A stretch of 64,000 nucleotides of DNA from Bryobacterales bacterium (GTDB lineage: Bacteria; Acidobacteriota; Terriglobia; Bryobacterales; UBA6623). Made by a program: the position numbers and the translations under genes. This document shows, piece after piece, positions 1 to 9,998 of the stretch. Below the pieces are notes generated by a model. The model was not told the origin of the DNA and ran no database searches. It saw only the letters and a program-made list of their open reading frames with translations. Every line of letters begins with the position of its first letter. Position 1 is the first letter of the stretch. The stretch is taken from NCBI GenBank assembly GCA_963422375.2, contig OY729428.2:2304001-2368000 (forward strand), in the 5' to 3' direction.

Positions 1-1020
1 GAAGCAGGAATTCAAGCGGGTGCGGCAGGCGAAGAGGAGGCAAGGCAACCCGGAGAGGGTGCGGTCGTACCTGGAGGCGGCCCTGGAGATAGCGCGGCGG
101 GCGGAGGGTGCGCTGGCGGCCCTGGCGCGGGCCGGGGAAGACCAGGGAACCTTGCGAGCGGCAAGGAGTTACCTCGGGTGCGTGCAGCTCCTGGCGGACC
201 CGGTGGAGCGGCGCGTGCTGCGGGGGGAGAAGATCCCGCACGAGGGGAAAGTGTTCTCGATCTTCGAGGAACACACGCGCTGGTGCGTGAAAGGAAAAGC
301 GGGGGTTCGGGTGGAGCCGGGCGTTCCGGTATGGATCGTGGAAAGCGAGCACCGATTCGTGATGAATCACGAAGTGACGTGGAAGGGCAGCGACGCGGAC
401 GTGGCGGCGGGAATCGTCGAGGGGGCGCAGGGGCTGTACGCGGGGCTGTCGGGCTGCAGCTTCGACAAGGGCTTGCACAGCCCGGCGAACCGGACGCGCT
501 TGGCGGAACTGCTGTCGTGCCACGCGATGCCGCGGAAGGGGAGGCTGTCGAAGGCGGCGAAGGAGACGGAAGGCGCGCCCGAATTCGCGGCTGCGAGGCA
601 GGCGCGCCCGGCCGTGGAGTCCGCGATCAGCAATCTCGAGTGCCGCGGTCCGGACGGGGTGACGGACCGGGGAGCGGAGGGATTCGAGCGGATGATCGGG
701 CTGGCGGTCCTGGCGGCGAACGTGCATCGAGTGGGCCGGATCGGGCGCGACAGAGAGAGGGAGCGTCTCAAGACGGGACCCTTGCCGCTGGCTACATAGG
801 CAGTCGGCAGCGATCTGGATTGCTCTGAATAGAAACCTTGAAGAGACAAGGTTCAGGAAAATTGTACCACTAGAAGAGAACTAACTGTATCCTCATAATG
901 AGAATGGAATATGAGGCAATGAGTTCGGGTAATTGGCGCAGTCTGTTTCTTCCATGGCTATCGTTTGGTCGGGCTCCATCGGCTAGAATCCCCGAAATAT
1001 CAGGCTTTTGTCACAAGCAC
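1..1020 (+). mobile_element. IS5/ISNCY-like insertion sequence, 3' part (5' end outside window)
   Basis: Transposase ORF to 799, then an AT-rich tail ending in GGCTTTTGTCACAAGCAC (1003-1020). The same terminus bounds the MITE at 50465-50719. Confidence 0.8.
2..799 (+). CDS. DDE transposase (IS5/ISNCY-like), 5'-partial, probably degenerate
   Basis: KVFSIFEEHTRW..KGKAG, SFDKG and R.AVESAI.NLE motifs. Apparent L->P changes (VEPGVP, RGPD). Confidence 0.85.
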   Translation, partial: KQEFKRVRQAKRRQGNPERVRSYLEAALEIARRAEGALAALARAGEDQGTLRAARSYLGCVQLLADPVERRVLRGEKIPHEGKVFSIFEEHTRWCVKGKAGVRVEPGVPVWIVESEHRFVMNHEVTWKGSDADVAAGIVEGAQGLYAGLSGCSFDKGLHSPANRTRLAELLSCHAMPRKGRLSKAAKETEGAPEFAAARQARPAVESAISNLECRGPDGVTDRGAEGFERMIGLAVLAANVHRVGRIGRDRERERLKTGPLPLAT

Positions 1021-1149
1021 TATATAATTCCCCTTCGAAACCGCCCCTCAAGCGAGGGCACGGAAAGCAATATCGACCGTACGGGTTACCACGGCAGCTA
1101 GGACCGCTTCCAGTTCATCCGCGTCGGCAAGGGGGCCTCACCCGCGGCC

Positions 1150-1518
1150 CTAGCAGGCGGCCCCGGGCAGCGGCAGCGGGTTCCGCGCAAATACGTATTC
1201 CTTGACCGGCCTGCCGCCTTGGACATGCTCCACGAGGATTCTCTCCAGCACCTCGCCGCTAGCGGAGTGATACCACGTTCCGTCGGGATAGACAACAGCG
1301 ATCGGCCCCTTCTCGCAAACCCTCAGGCAGTTGACCTTGCTGCGGAAGACGCATCCGTCACCCCGTGCCAAGCCCAGTTCGTCGAGGCGGTCCTTGAGGG
1401 CAGTCCATGCCGGGATAGTGACATCCCTCGGCGCGCACTTGGGCTTGGTCTGGTCGGCGCACAGCAGGATGTGGCGCGTGTAGCTCCCTGTCGGGATGCG
1501 CAGCTCGCGCGCCATCAT
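1150..1518 (-). CDS. Thioredoxin-like [2Fe-2S] ferredoxin
   Basis: HILLC...KC, CLRVCEKGPIAVVYPDGTWY. Confidence 0.9.
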   Translation of the reverse strand: MMARELRIPTGSYTRHILLCADQTKPKCAPRDVTIPAWTALKDRLDELGLARGDGCVFRSKVNCLRVCEKGPIAVVYPDGTWYHSASGEVLERILVEHVQGGRPVKEYVFARNPLPLPGAAC

Positions 1519-2966
1519 CCCACTCCGACCAACCCGTGCATCGCCTTGGTCAGCCTCTCGACGTCGCTCGGCGCCCGACGGGCGAGATCATCGTTCTCGA
1601 AGGGATCCTCCTGAATGTCGTACAGCAGGGGCGCGGTTCCGGCATCCCCCGCCGGATAAGCCGGTAGGTTCGACCCGCCGACGGCCTTGCCGCCGGCATG
1701 CCCCCGGATCAGCTTGAGGCGGCCATCGGTCACGCACCGCCACGGGTTGAGCCCGCTCAGCAGGAACTCGCGATGCGAATCGCTCGAGCCGTCCAATACC
1801 GGCCGCAGCGAACGGCTGTCCATCCCCTGCGGAACGGCCGCGCCGGCGAAGTCGACGAAGGTCGCCGCGAGGTCCATCAGGCTGACCAGCGCGGGTGTGG
1901 ATGCGCCGCGGCGCACGCCTGGACCGGCGATGACCAACGGGACGCCCACCGAGGCTTGCTGGGGGAGCCGCTTCATCCACAGGCCGTGGTCCCCAAGCAT
2001 CTCGCCGTGATCGCTTGAGAATACGACCAAGGTATTGTCGATCTCGCCGCGCTCCTCGACGGCGGCGAGCAGCCGTCCCATCCACGTATCGATGTTCTCG
2101 ATCATGGCGGCGTAGTTGCGGCGGATCTCGACGTGCTTCTGCAGAGTGAACTCGGAATTGCGGTTGGGCTGCGGGAAGTCGACGTCCGCGTAGAGGCCGC
2201 TCATCCGCTTGGTCACGTCCACGGGCTCGTGCGGACCGGCGAAATTGACGACTAGGTGCCATGGCTTCCCGACCGGGGCCTCCTGCAGCAAACGCAAGCC
2301 TTGGGCCGCAATCCAGTTGTCGCAGTAGGACTCTTCGGGCAACGGCGTCGGGAAGGTCGCCGCGAAGGCTCCCTCGACCCGCCGCCTCTCGAAGTCGTCG
2401 CGGTGGATTCCGACCCTACCGCTCTCATGCAGGTGCGCCGTGAACGGATCGCAAGGCTTTTCCATGCCCCAGCGGATCGCGTCCCACTTGCCTGCGCTGT
2501 CGATTCCGGCCGAGAAGCCCCACTCCGGCAGCAGGTGCTGCCCCTCGACGCCCCACGTCGCTTCCGGCTTGTGGAGATCGAACTTCCCGCAGCCCATCAC
2601 GTGATAGCCGGCGTCGCGCAGCACGGAATAGTACGTCGTCTGGTCGAGGGGGTAGTTCCGCCCGTTGTCGAGGACACCGCAGCGGTCGTACTCCATGCCC
2701 CCCGCCAAGCACGCCCTTGACGGCGCGCACAGCGGGGACGGGCAATAGCAGTTCTCGAATTGCACGCCGCGCGCGGCCAGCGCATGAAGATGAGGTGTCC
2801 TCACGGGGATCGACGGATCGAAGCCCGCCCAGTCAGGCCTCAGCTGGTCGGGCATGACCAAGAGCACGTTGGGCGGTCCTTGATCGGACGGAGAATCCCC
2901 CCGACCGCACGCCGTGGCGGCTGCAACGGAACCCGCGAGGAATTCCCGCCGGGAGACGACTGGCAT
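1515..2966 (-). CDS. Sulfatase (Tat/lipoprotein signal, choline-sulfatase-like)
   Basis: SRREFL Tat motif, PNVLLVMPDQ, CAPSRA, GKFDL, SDHG. Confidence 0.93.
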   Translation of the reverse strand: MPVVSRREFLAGSVAAATACGRGDSPSDQGPPNVLLVMPDQLRPDWAGFDPSIPVRTPHLHALAARGVQFENCYCPSPLCAPSRACLAGGMEYDRCGVLDNGRNYPLDQTTYYSVLRDAGYHVMGCGKFDLHKPEATWGVEGQHLLPEWGFSAGIDSAGKWDAIRWGMEKPCDPFTAHLHESGRVGIHRDDFERRRVEGAFAATFPTPLPEESYCDNWIAAQGLRLLQEAPVGKPWHLVVNFAGPHEPVDVTKRMSGLYADVDFPQPNRNSEFTLQKHVEIRRNYAAMIENIDTWMGRLLAAVEERGEIDNTLVVFSSDHGEMLGDHGLWMKRLPQQASVGVPLVIAGPGVRRGASTPALVSLMDLAATFVDFAGAAVPQGMDSRSLRPVLDGSSDSHREFLLSGLNPWRCVTDGRLKLIRGHAGGKAVGGSNLPAYPAGDAGTAPLLYDIQEDPFENDDLARRAPSDVERLTKAMHGLVGVG

Positions 2967-3046
2967 CGCCTACGAGTGTACCCGCAGCGCCACGGGCACG
3001 GCGGGCGGGACCTGCCCGCGACGGGCGATCTCTAGAATGGACGGGC

Positions 3047-4471
3047 ATGCGGTTCGGACTGACCCTGATTCTCGCTTTCGCGACGGCGCTGCCGTTGTGC
3101 GCCGTCCCGGACAAGCCCAACGTCCTCTTCATCGCAGTGGACGACCTCAACGACTGGGTAGGCTGCCTCGGCGGGCACCCCCAGGCGAAGACGCCGAACA
3201 TCGATGCACTGGCCCGGTCCGGGGTGCTGTTCGCCAACGCGCATTGCGCGGCCCCCCTCTGCAACCCGTCGCGGACGGCCCTGCTGTTCGGCAAGCGGCC
3301 GACCACCACCGGCGTGGTCGGAAACAACGACGACTGGCGCACCTTCCCCTCGCTGAAGGGATCGGAATCGCTGCCCCAGCTCTTCCGCCGCAACGGCTAT
3401 TTCACGGCCGCCGCCGGAAAGATCTTCCACGCCAACCACGGCGGCTGGCGCGGGGCGCTCAACCGCGAGGAGGGGGCTCCATACGCCGGACGCAGCGGAT
3501 TCGGCCAGCCGGAGGCCTGGGACGAGCGGTTCCCCGCCAAGACGATTCAGTTGCCCTTGGCGCCCGTGCTGATCGACACTCACCGAAACGGCATCGACCA
3601 TCACTGGGACTGGGGACCGCTCGATTTCAAGGCGGACCTCACGGAGGACGGGCAGACGTCCCGCTGGGCGGTGCGCCAGCTCCGGGAAGAGCATGCTAAG
3701 CCGTTCTTCCTAGCGGTCGGGATCTACCGGCCCCACGACCCCCAGTACGCTCCCAGCGAGTACTTTGACGAGCATCCCCTCGGCAGCGTCGAGCTGCCGA
3801 GGGTCCTGCCGAAGGACCTCGACGACATCCCCGCGATCGCCAAGCGCTACACGCTCGCCGCCAACAACTACGAGACCATGATCCGCAAGCACAACGCCTT
3901 GCGGTCGGCGACCAGGGGCTATCTTGCGGCAGTGACGTTCGCTGACGCCATGGTCGGGCGCGTGCTTCGCGCTCTGGCGGCCAGCCCGTACGCCGACAAC
4001 ACGATCATCGTGCTGTTTTCCGACCACGGGTACCACATCGGCGAGAAGCAGAAATACCACAAGAGCACCCTCTGGGAGGAATCGACGCGCGTTCCCCTGA
4101 TCTTCTCCGTCCCCGGCGTGACCGCGACGGGAAGCACGTCACGACGCGCCGTGAGCCTGATCGACGTGTATCCGACATTGGCCCAGCTGGCAGGGCTGGA
4201 AGCGCCGGCGGACTTGGACGGCGAGAGCCTGGTCCCCCTGCTCAGGGACCCGGGCGCGTCGCGCGACAGTCCCGCGGTGACCACGAGGCAGGGCCGGCAC
4301 CATGCCGTGAGAACGGATCGCTGGAGGTACATCCGATACGGAGACGGCAGCGAAGAGCTGTACGACCACGACGCGGACGCGACCGAGTGGACCAACCTCG
4401 CAGGCGACCCGCGCCACGCAGAAACGAAGCGCAGACTCGGCGCGCTCCTAGACCGGACCTTGGTCCCGTAG
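3047..4471 (+). CDS. Sulfatase (iduronate-2-sulfatase-like)
   Basis: Signal peptide, PNVLFIAVDDLNDW, CNPSRT, GKIFH, SDHGYH. Confidence 0.95.
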   Translation: MRFGLTLILAFATALPLCAVPDKPNVLFIAVDDLNDWVGCLGGHPQAKTPNIDALARSGVLFANAHCAAPLCNPSRTALLFGKRPTTTGVVGNNDDWRTFPSLKGSESLPQLFRRNGYFTAAAGKIFHANHGGWRGALNREEGAPYAGRSGFGQPEAWDERFPAKTIQLPLAPVLIDTHRNGIDHHWDWGPLDFKADLTEDGQTSRWAVRQLREEHAKPFFLAVGIYRPHDPQYAPSEYFDEHPLGSVELPRVLPKDLDDIPAIAKRYTLAANNYETMIRKHNALRSATRGYLAAVTFADAMVGRVLRALAASPYADNTIIVLFSDHGYHIGEKQKYHKSTLWEESTRVPLIFSVPGVTATGSTSRRAVSLIDVYPTLAQLAGLEAPADLDGESLVPLLRDPGASRDSPAVTTRQGRHHAVRTDRWRYIRYGDGSEELYDHDADATEWTNLAGDPRHAETKRRLGALLDRTLVP

Positions 4472-4480
4472 CAGCTGCGG

Positions 4481-4804
4481 TCAAGTGCCGCCGTAGTCCG
4501 GCGGATCCGCCGTACGGTAGGGATTCTCCGCTTCGCGCTGCTTGCGAGCCATCCTTGCCACCAGCGCCACGACCAGCAGGATTCCGATCACGACGACAAT
4601 GTCCTCGACGCCGCGGAAGGCTAGGTAGAGACTCCCGAGGAGCGAGGCTAGGAGAAACACTGCCACCGCCCGGACCACGAGCTGCCGAAACGTGGTGCGC
4701 GTTTCGGACGGATGCCAATCCTCGACGTGCTCGGCGAGTTCCTCAGGATCGTCCGCAACGCTGCCCGACAGGGCAAGTCTGTCGGCCGAGCCAGATTCGT
4801 GCAA
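4481..4804 (-). CDS. Small two-TM membrane protein
   Basis: Two hydrophobic helices, co-oriented just downstream of msrP. Confidence 0.65.
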   Translation of the reverse strand: MHESGSADRLALSGSVADDPEELAEHVEDWHPSETRTTFRQLVVRAVAVFLLASLLGSLYLAFRGVEDIVVVIGILLVVALVARMARKQREAENPYRTADPPDYGGT

Positions 4805-4825
4805 GGCGCTAGCGTCCGCCCCCAG

Positions 4826-5767
4826 TCAGTACTCGTCCCCGGTGTAGAGCTCCGAGACAAACGACTCGTACCCGTTGTACATCAGGGTCGGCCTGAACTC
4901 GCCGGTCTCGACGATCCGCTCGCGGGCCTGGGACCAGCGCGGATGGGGCTTGTTCGGATTCACGTTGGAGTACCAGCCGTACTCGGTGGGCACCGCCTTG
5001 TTCCACAGCGTGGGCGGACGCCTGCTCGTGAACTCGATCGCGACGATCGACTTGATGTTCTTCAAGCCGTACTTCCACGGGATGACGGCCCGGATGGGCG
5101 CGCCGTTCTGCTTCGGTAGCGGCTTGCCGTAGAGCCCGGTGCCGAAAAGCGCCAGTTCGTTGCCAGCCTCCTCGAGCGTCATGGCTTCCTCGTAGGGCCA
5201 GTCGTAGTGCGGCTGCGAGACGATTCCGGGCATCTCCTTGGGGCGGTAGGCCGTGACCATGCGAATGTACTTCGCCGCCGGCTTCGGGTCCGCCTCCTTG
5301 ATGAGCGCCGACATGGTGAAGCCCGTCCAAGGCACCGCCATCGACCAGGCCTCCACGCAACGGAAGCGATACAGGCGCTCCTCCAGCGGAAACCGTCGGA
5401 TCAAGTCGTCGATATCGTACTTCTTCGGGTTGTTGACCAAGCCCGACACCTTGACCGTCCACGGATCGATCGAGAAGCGATCAACCCTGAAGCGGACCTG
5501 CTGCTTGTCGAGGGTGAACTCGTAGAAGTTGTTGAAGCCGGTGGCGACGGTCTCGGCGGTCAGCGGGCGGTCGAGGGTGTACTTGGAATTCCGTCGCGCC
5601 GGATACAGCGGTCGGGTGTCGGTGGCGGCGGGCGCGGCTTGCGCCAGCGCTCCTCCGAGGCCCGCGCAGCCGAAGGCCCGAAGGATCTCGCGCCTGTTGC
5701 GAAACCGGCTCTCCGGCAGCGCCTCGCGCTCCGGGATCTCCCATCCTCGCGGGACCTTGACAAGCAT
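4826..5767 (-). CDS. msrP: Protein-methionine-sulfoxide reductase catalytic subunit (molybdoenzyme)
   Basis: NNFYEF, RFRCVEAWSM, QNGAPIR, PWKYG.K.IKSIV, NVNP..PHPRWSQA and a Tat RR motif. Start set at ATG 5767. Confidence 0.95.
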   Translation of the reverse strand: MLVKVPRGWEIPEREALPESRFRNRREILRAFGCAGLGGALAQAAPAATDTRPLYPARRNSKYTLDRPLTAETVATGFNNFYEFTLDKQQVRFRVDRFSIDPWTVKVSGLVNNPKKYDIDDLIRRFPLEERLYRFRCVEAWSMAVPWTGFTMSALIKEADPKPAAKYIRMVTAYRPKEMPGIVSQPHYDWPYEEAMTLEEAGNELALFGTGLYGKPLPKQNGAPIRAVIPWKYGLKNIKSIVAIEFTSRRPPTLWNKAVPTEYGWYSNVNPNKPHPRWSQARERIVETGEFRPTLMYNGYESFVSELYTGDEY

Positions 5768-6081
5768 CGCTTCCTCCATCGGCCAAGCCGACGCTCGGCG
5801 ACGCGGAGCGGCTTCCGGCAGGCCTGATTCAACGTAGCACAGCCGCGCCCCGCCAAGGCGGGAAAAGGCACCAGCGCGGCACGCCAGCAGCCTAGGGCAT
5901 GGACCGCCGCCCGCGCCAAGACCGATCAGGCCGGGCTTCGCCGACACGGAGTGCTCCTACGCCTAGCCCAGACCCGTTCGCATACAATTGCCATCGGGAT
6001 TGCGAGCGTCGGCATCATCGGCAGAATGTGCTGCCCGTCAAGCGCTTTCCACCGCGGGACGCAACTGGAGGAGCTACAGCC

Positions 6082-6144
6082 ATGCAGTGCCTGATCGTCA
6101 TTCTCTTGATCGTCATCATCGCCATGCTCGCCGGCGCGTGCTGA
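6082..6144 (+). CDS. Candidate 20-aa hydrophobic peptide MQCLIVILLIVIIAMLAGAC
   Basis: Strong GGAGGAG Shine-Dalgarno just upstream, TACAAT at 5983-5988, single TM helix. Confidence 0.5.
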   Translation: MQCLIVILLIVIIAMLAGAC

Positions 6145-6256
6145 CAGGGCCCCTGAATCGCAGCCGAATGCCGAATGGACGGTTGATTCCGCAAGCCTTC
6201 TCGACCGCCCATCCGAACGACCGCAAGCATCCGACTAGTCGTCACGGGAACGAGCC

Positions 6257-8575
6257 ATGCGACCCGAGCTGACGTACTTCGCGCGGTCACTGGCATGCAT
6301 CGCCCTCGCTGCGCCTGCCAGCGCAGGCGACTCCTTTGCGATCGCCGCGCGACGCGTCCTAGACACGCACTGCATTGCGTGCCACGGCAGCGCCCGGATT
6401 TCGGGCCTTGATCTGCGGACCTCCGAGGGCGCGGCTGCCGGCGGCACGCGAGGCCCCGCGATCATTCCCGGGGACCCCGCATCAAGCCTGCTGCTGCGCG
6501 CTGTTGCCGGCGAGGGGCAGCTCAGAATGCCGCCGAGCGGAGACGGGCTCTCGGACACGGACATCGAAACGCTCGGGCAGTGGATCGAGACCGGCGCGCA
6601 AGGGGCGAATCCGGAAGGAGATCCGGACCGGCCGCTATGGTGGTCCTTCAACAAGCCGGAGCGCCCGCCCGTCCCCAACACCGGAGCCGATCCGTGGGTG
6701 CGAAACACCGTCGACGCCTTCGTCCTAGCAAAGCTTCAGGAGCAGGGACTCGAGCCGGCCCGGCCAGCCAGCCCCAGAGCTCTCGTGCGACGGGCGTACT
6801 TCGACCTGCACGGCCTGCCGCCCCCGCCTGCCGACGTCGACCGATTCCTCGAGGACGATTCCGACAGTGCTTACGAGGCGCTGATTGACCGCCTCCTCGA
6901 GTCCGAGCGCTACGGGGAGCGGTGGGGGCGCTACTGGCTGGATCTTGTCCGCTACGCCGACACGTCGGGGTTCGAGACGGACCATTTCTACACCACTGCG
7001 TGGCGCTACCGGGACTACGTGATCGACTCCTTCAACCGCGACAAGCCCTACACGACCTTCGTACGAGAGCAGATTGCGGCCGACGAGCTGTGGCCGAATG
7101 ACATGGACCTCGAAGGCACCCTGACGCTGCCCGAAGAGAAGCGGGAGAACGCGTACAGGCGGATCGGTACCAGCCTTTTCACCCTCGGGGCGTTCCCGAT
7201 CGAGTACACGTACTACGGCGACCTCTACCGCGCCGAATGGCGCGCCGAAGCCATCGACCTTGTCGGCTCGGCCTTTCTCGGCCTGACTCTGGAATGCGCG
7301 CGCTGCCACGACCACAAGTCCGACCCCATCAGCCAGAGGGACTACTACCGCCTGACGGCATTCTTCGCAGGCAGCGTGGAACGCGAAATCCCTCTCGTCA
7401 GCCTGTTCGACGTGCAGACCAGCACGCGCAGGTTCCCCCTCTTGGAACATGCCCGCGCGCTGAAGAGGCTGGCCAAGCAGGCATCCAAGAAACTAGGCGC
7501 CGAGGAGCGGCGCAAGCTGCTCGAACGCCTGGGCGAGGCCTACCTGAATGCGCCCGAACCGTACCCCTCGGCCAAAGTGCTGGCGCACGAGGAGCGGGTC
7601 CCGCCGACGTATGTGCTAGCGCACGGCGACTTCCGGCGCGCAGGCGAGCGCGTGGAGCCGGGCTTCCCGGCCGCCCTCCAGGTCGGCCCCGAGATCGACG
7701 TGCCCGACACGGAGCGATTCGCACTTCGCAGGCGGGCCGCGCTCGCGGAGTGGCTCACATCCGAGGAGCAGCCCCTGCTTGGACGCGTGATGGTCAACCG
7801 CATCTGGCAGCACCATTTCGGGCGCGGCCTCGTGCGTACGCCCAGCGACTTCGGACGCCAAGGCGATCCTCCTACCCACCCGGAACTCCTCGACTGGCTT
7901 GCAGCCGAATTCGCGGAGCGAGGCTGGAGCATCAAGGATATGCATCGCCTGATCATGCTGTCCGCCGCCTACCGCTCTTCAAGCATCGCGCCAAGCCAAG
8001 CCCTGGAGATGGATCCGGACAACCGCTTCCTCGCGCGGATGAACCGGCACCGTCTGGACGCCGACGCGCTCCGCGATTCCATACTTGCCGTCTCGGGCAG
8101 GCTGAACCTCAAGATGGGGGGCGTCGGCGTGATCCCGCCTCTCGTCAAGGAGGAGATTCTTGCCGCCCGCATGCCCTACCTCTGGCCGGCCAACCCGGAC
8201 CCAGCGGAGCATTACCGCCGCAGCGTCTACCTACAGGCCAAGCGGTCGATGGCCGTGCCAATGCTGCAGGTCTTCGACGCACCGGACACCGCGCGGAGCT
8301 GCGCCCGGCGCGAGACCTCAACCGTGGCCCCGCAGGCGCTGGCACTGATGAACAGCGGCTTCGCTCTCGAGCAAGCCGACGCGTTCGCCACGCGCCTGCG
8401 CGACGAGACCGATGGCACACCGGAGGCGCTCGTCGAGACCGGCTGGAAGCTCGCTTTGGGGCGTCCGCCCATTCCAGAGGAGAGGTCAGCGGCTCTCGGA
8501 TACCTCGAGCGGAATTCCCTGCCCCAGTTCTGCCTGATGCTGTTCAATACGAATGAGTTCGTGTATGTGGACTGA
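6257..8575 (+). CDS. Planctomycete cytochrome c + DUF1549/DUF1553 (PSCyt1/2, PSD1) protein
   Basis: CIACHG, YGERWGRYWLDLVRYAD, CARCHDHK, RVMVNRIWQHHFGRG, PTHPELLDWLA, NTNEFVYVD. Confidence 0.95.
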   Translation: MRPELTYFARSLACIALAAPASAGDSFAIAARRVLDTHCIACHGSARISGLDLRTSEGAAAGGTRGPAIIPGDPASSLLLRAVAGEGQLRMPPSGDGLSDTDIETLGQWIETGAQGANPEGDPDRPLWWSFNKPERPPVPNTGADPWVRNTVDAFVLAKLQEQGLEPARPASPRALVRRAYFDLHGLPPPPADVDRFLEDDSDSAYEALIDRLLESERYGERWGRYWLDLVRYADTSGFETDHFYTTAWRYRDYVIDSFNRDKPYTTFVREQIAADELWPNDMDLEGTLTLPEEKRENAYRRIGTSLFTLGAFPIEYTYYGDLYRAEWRAEAIDLVGSAFLGLTLECARCHDHKSDPISQRDYYRLTAFFAGSVEREIPLVSLFDVQTSTRRFPLLEHARALKRLAKQASKKLGAEERRKLLERLGEAYLNAPEPYPSAKVLAHEERVPPTYVLAHGDFRRAGERVEPGFPAALQVGPEIDVPDTERFALRRRAALAEWLTSEEQPLLGRVMVNRIWQHHFGRGLVRTPSDFGRQGDPPTHPELLDWLAAEFAERGWSIKDMHRLIMLSAAYRSSSIAPSQALEMDPDNRFLARMNRHRLDADALRDSILAVSGRLNLKMGGVGVIPPLVKEEILAARMPYLWPANPDPAEHYRRSVYLQAKRSMAVPMLQVFDAPDTARSCARRETSTVAPQALALMNSGFALEQADAFATRLRDETDGTPEALVETGWKLALGRPPIPEERSAALGYLERNSLPQFCLMLFNTNEFVYVD

Positions 8576-9998
8576 CGAGTCGAGACGCCGCTTCCTCAAG
8601 CGTTCCGGCCTAGGCCTGGGCTGGCTGGCGGCAGCGGATCTGTTCGCACAATCGGAGCCGCCCGACGCCGATCGGGGCCCCCTGTCTGCGCGCAGGCCCC
8701 ATGGACCGGCGACAGCCAAGAGCGTGATCCATCTGTTCATGCAGGGCGGCCCGAGCCAAGTGGATACGTTCGACCCGAAGCCGCTGCTCAACAGGCTCGA
8801 CGGGCAGCCCCCACCGGCAAGCTTCGGGGACGTGGTTTTCCAGAACGGGCAATTCCGCAATCTTACGCTGATGGGCTCGCCGAGGACGTTCCAGCCCTAC
8901 GGCCAGTCGGGGCTTCCCGTGTCAGACCTTTTCCCGCACGTCGCGCGGCGGGCCGACGAAATCGCGGTCGTCCGCTCGGTCTATCACGAAGGGTTCACTC
9001 ACTCGCAGGCGCAGTTCCTTATCCACAACGGCTGGCCTCGCATCGGGCGGCCCAGCCTAGGGTCATGGGTCCTGTACGGGCTGGGAACCGAGAACCGGAA
9101 CCTGCCCGGTTTCGTGGTCCTCCTGCAGGGCGGCGTAAGATCCGGCCCGGAGGTATACGGCGAGGGTTTCCTGCCCGCTGCGTATCAGGGCACGTCGTTC
9201 CGGCCCGGTCCGGAGCCGATTCTCTATCTCAATCCACCGGAGGGAAGGACAAGCGCGCAGCAACGCGACCTCCTCGGCACGCTGCGGACTCTCAACGAGC
9301 GCCACATGAGCGAGCGCAACTTCGACAGCCAGCTGGCCGCCCGTCTCGATTCGTACGAACTCGCCTTCCGGATGCAGATGGCAGCACCGGAGGCCACCGA
9401 CATCTCCGGCGAGACCGAAGCCACCAAGAGCCTCTACGGCCTTGACGATCCGGTTAGCGCCGACTTCGGCGGCCGGTGTCTCCTGGCTAGGCGGCTCGTC
9501 GAGCGGGGCGTGCGGTTCGTGCAGGTCTGGTCCGGAAACGGCCAGAACGCCATCGACTGGGACGGTCACACCGAGTGCGATCAGAACCACCAAGATCGCG
9601 CTGCGGAGACCGACAAGGCCGTGGCCGGCCTGCTGACTGACCTCAAGTCGCGTGGCCTGCTCGAGTCCACCCTCGTGATATGGGGAGGCGAGTTCGGGCG
9701 CTCTCCCACCACCGACGGCGGAAGAGGACGGAGCGAGGGCCGCGACCACAATCCCTACGGCTTCACGCTGTGGATGGCCGGTGGCGGCGTCAAGGGAGGC
9801 AAGGTCATCGGCTCCACGGACGAGCTCGGCCTGCGGGCCGCGGAGGATCCCGTTCATCTGAATGACCTGCACGCGTCGATTCTCGCGCTGCTCGGTCTCG
9901 ATCACACGCGGCTCACATACAGACACCTCGGCCGCGACTTTCGTTTGACGGACGTGGGCGGCAGCACGGCCTTGGCTGACAGGCTGCGCCGGGCCTGA
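8553..9998 (+). CDS. DUF1501 domain protein (Tat-exported, sulfatase-like fold)
   Basis: SRRRFL, AKSVIHLFMQGGPSQVDTFDPKP, LARRLVERGVRFVQ, WGGEFGRSP, GRDHNP. Confidence 0.95.
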   Translation: MSSCMWTDESRRRFLKRSGLGLGWLAAADLFAQSEPPDADRGPLSARRPHGPATAKSVIHLFMQGGPSQVDTFDPKPLLNRLDGQPPPASFGDVVFQNGQFRNLTLMGSPRTFQPYGQSGLPVSDLFPHVARRADEIAVVRSVYHEGFTHSQAQFLIHNGWPRIGRPSLGSWVLYGLGTENRNLPGFVVLLQGGVRSGPEVYGEGFLPAAYQGTSFRPGPEPILYLNPPEGRTSAQQRDLLGTLRTLNERHMSERNFDSQLAARLDSYELAFRMQMAAPEATDISGETEATKSLYGLDDPVSADFGGRCLLARRLVERGVRFVQVWSGNGQNAIDWDGHTECDQNHQDRAAETDKAVAGLLTDLKSRGLLESTLVIWGGEFGRSPTTDGGRGRSEGRDHNPYGFTLWMAGGGVKGGKVIGSTDELGLRAAEDPVHLNDLHASILALLGLDHTRLTYRHLGRDFRLTDVGGSTALADRLRRA

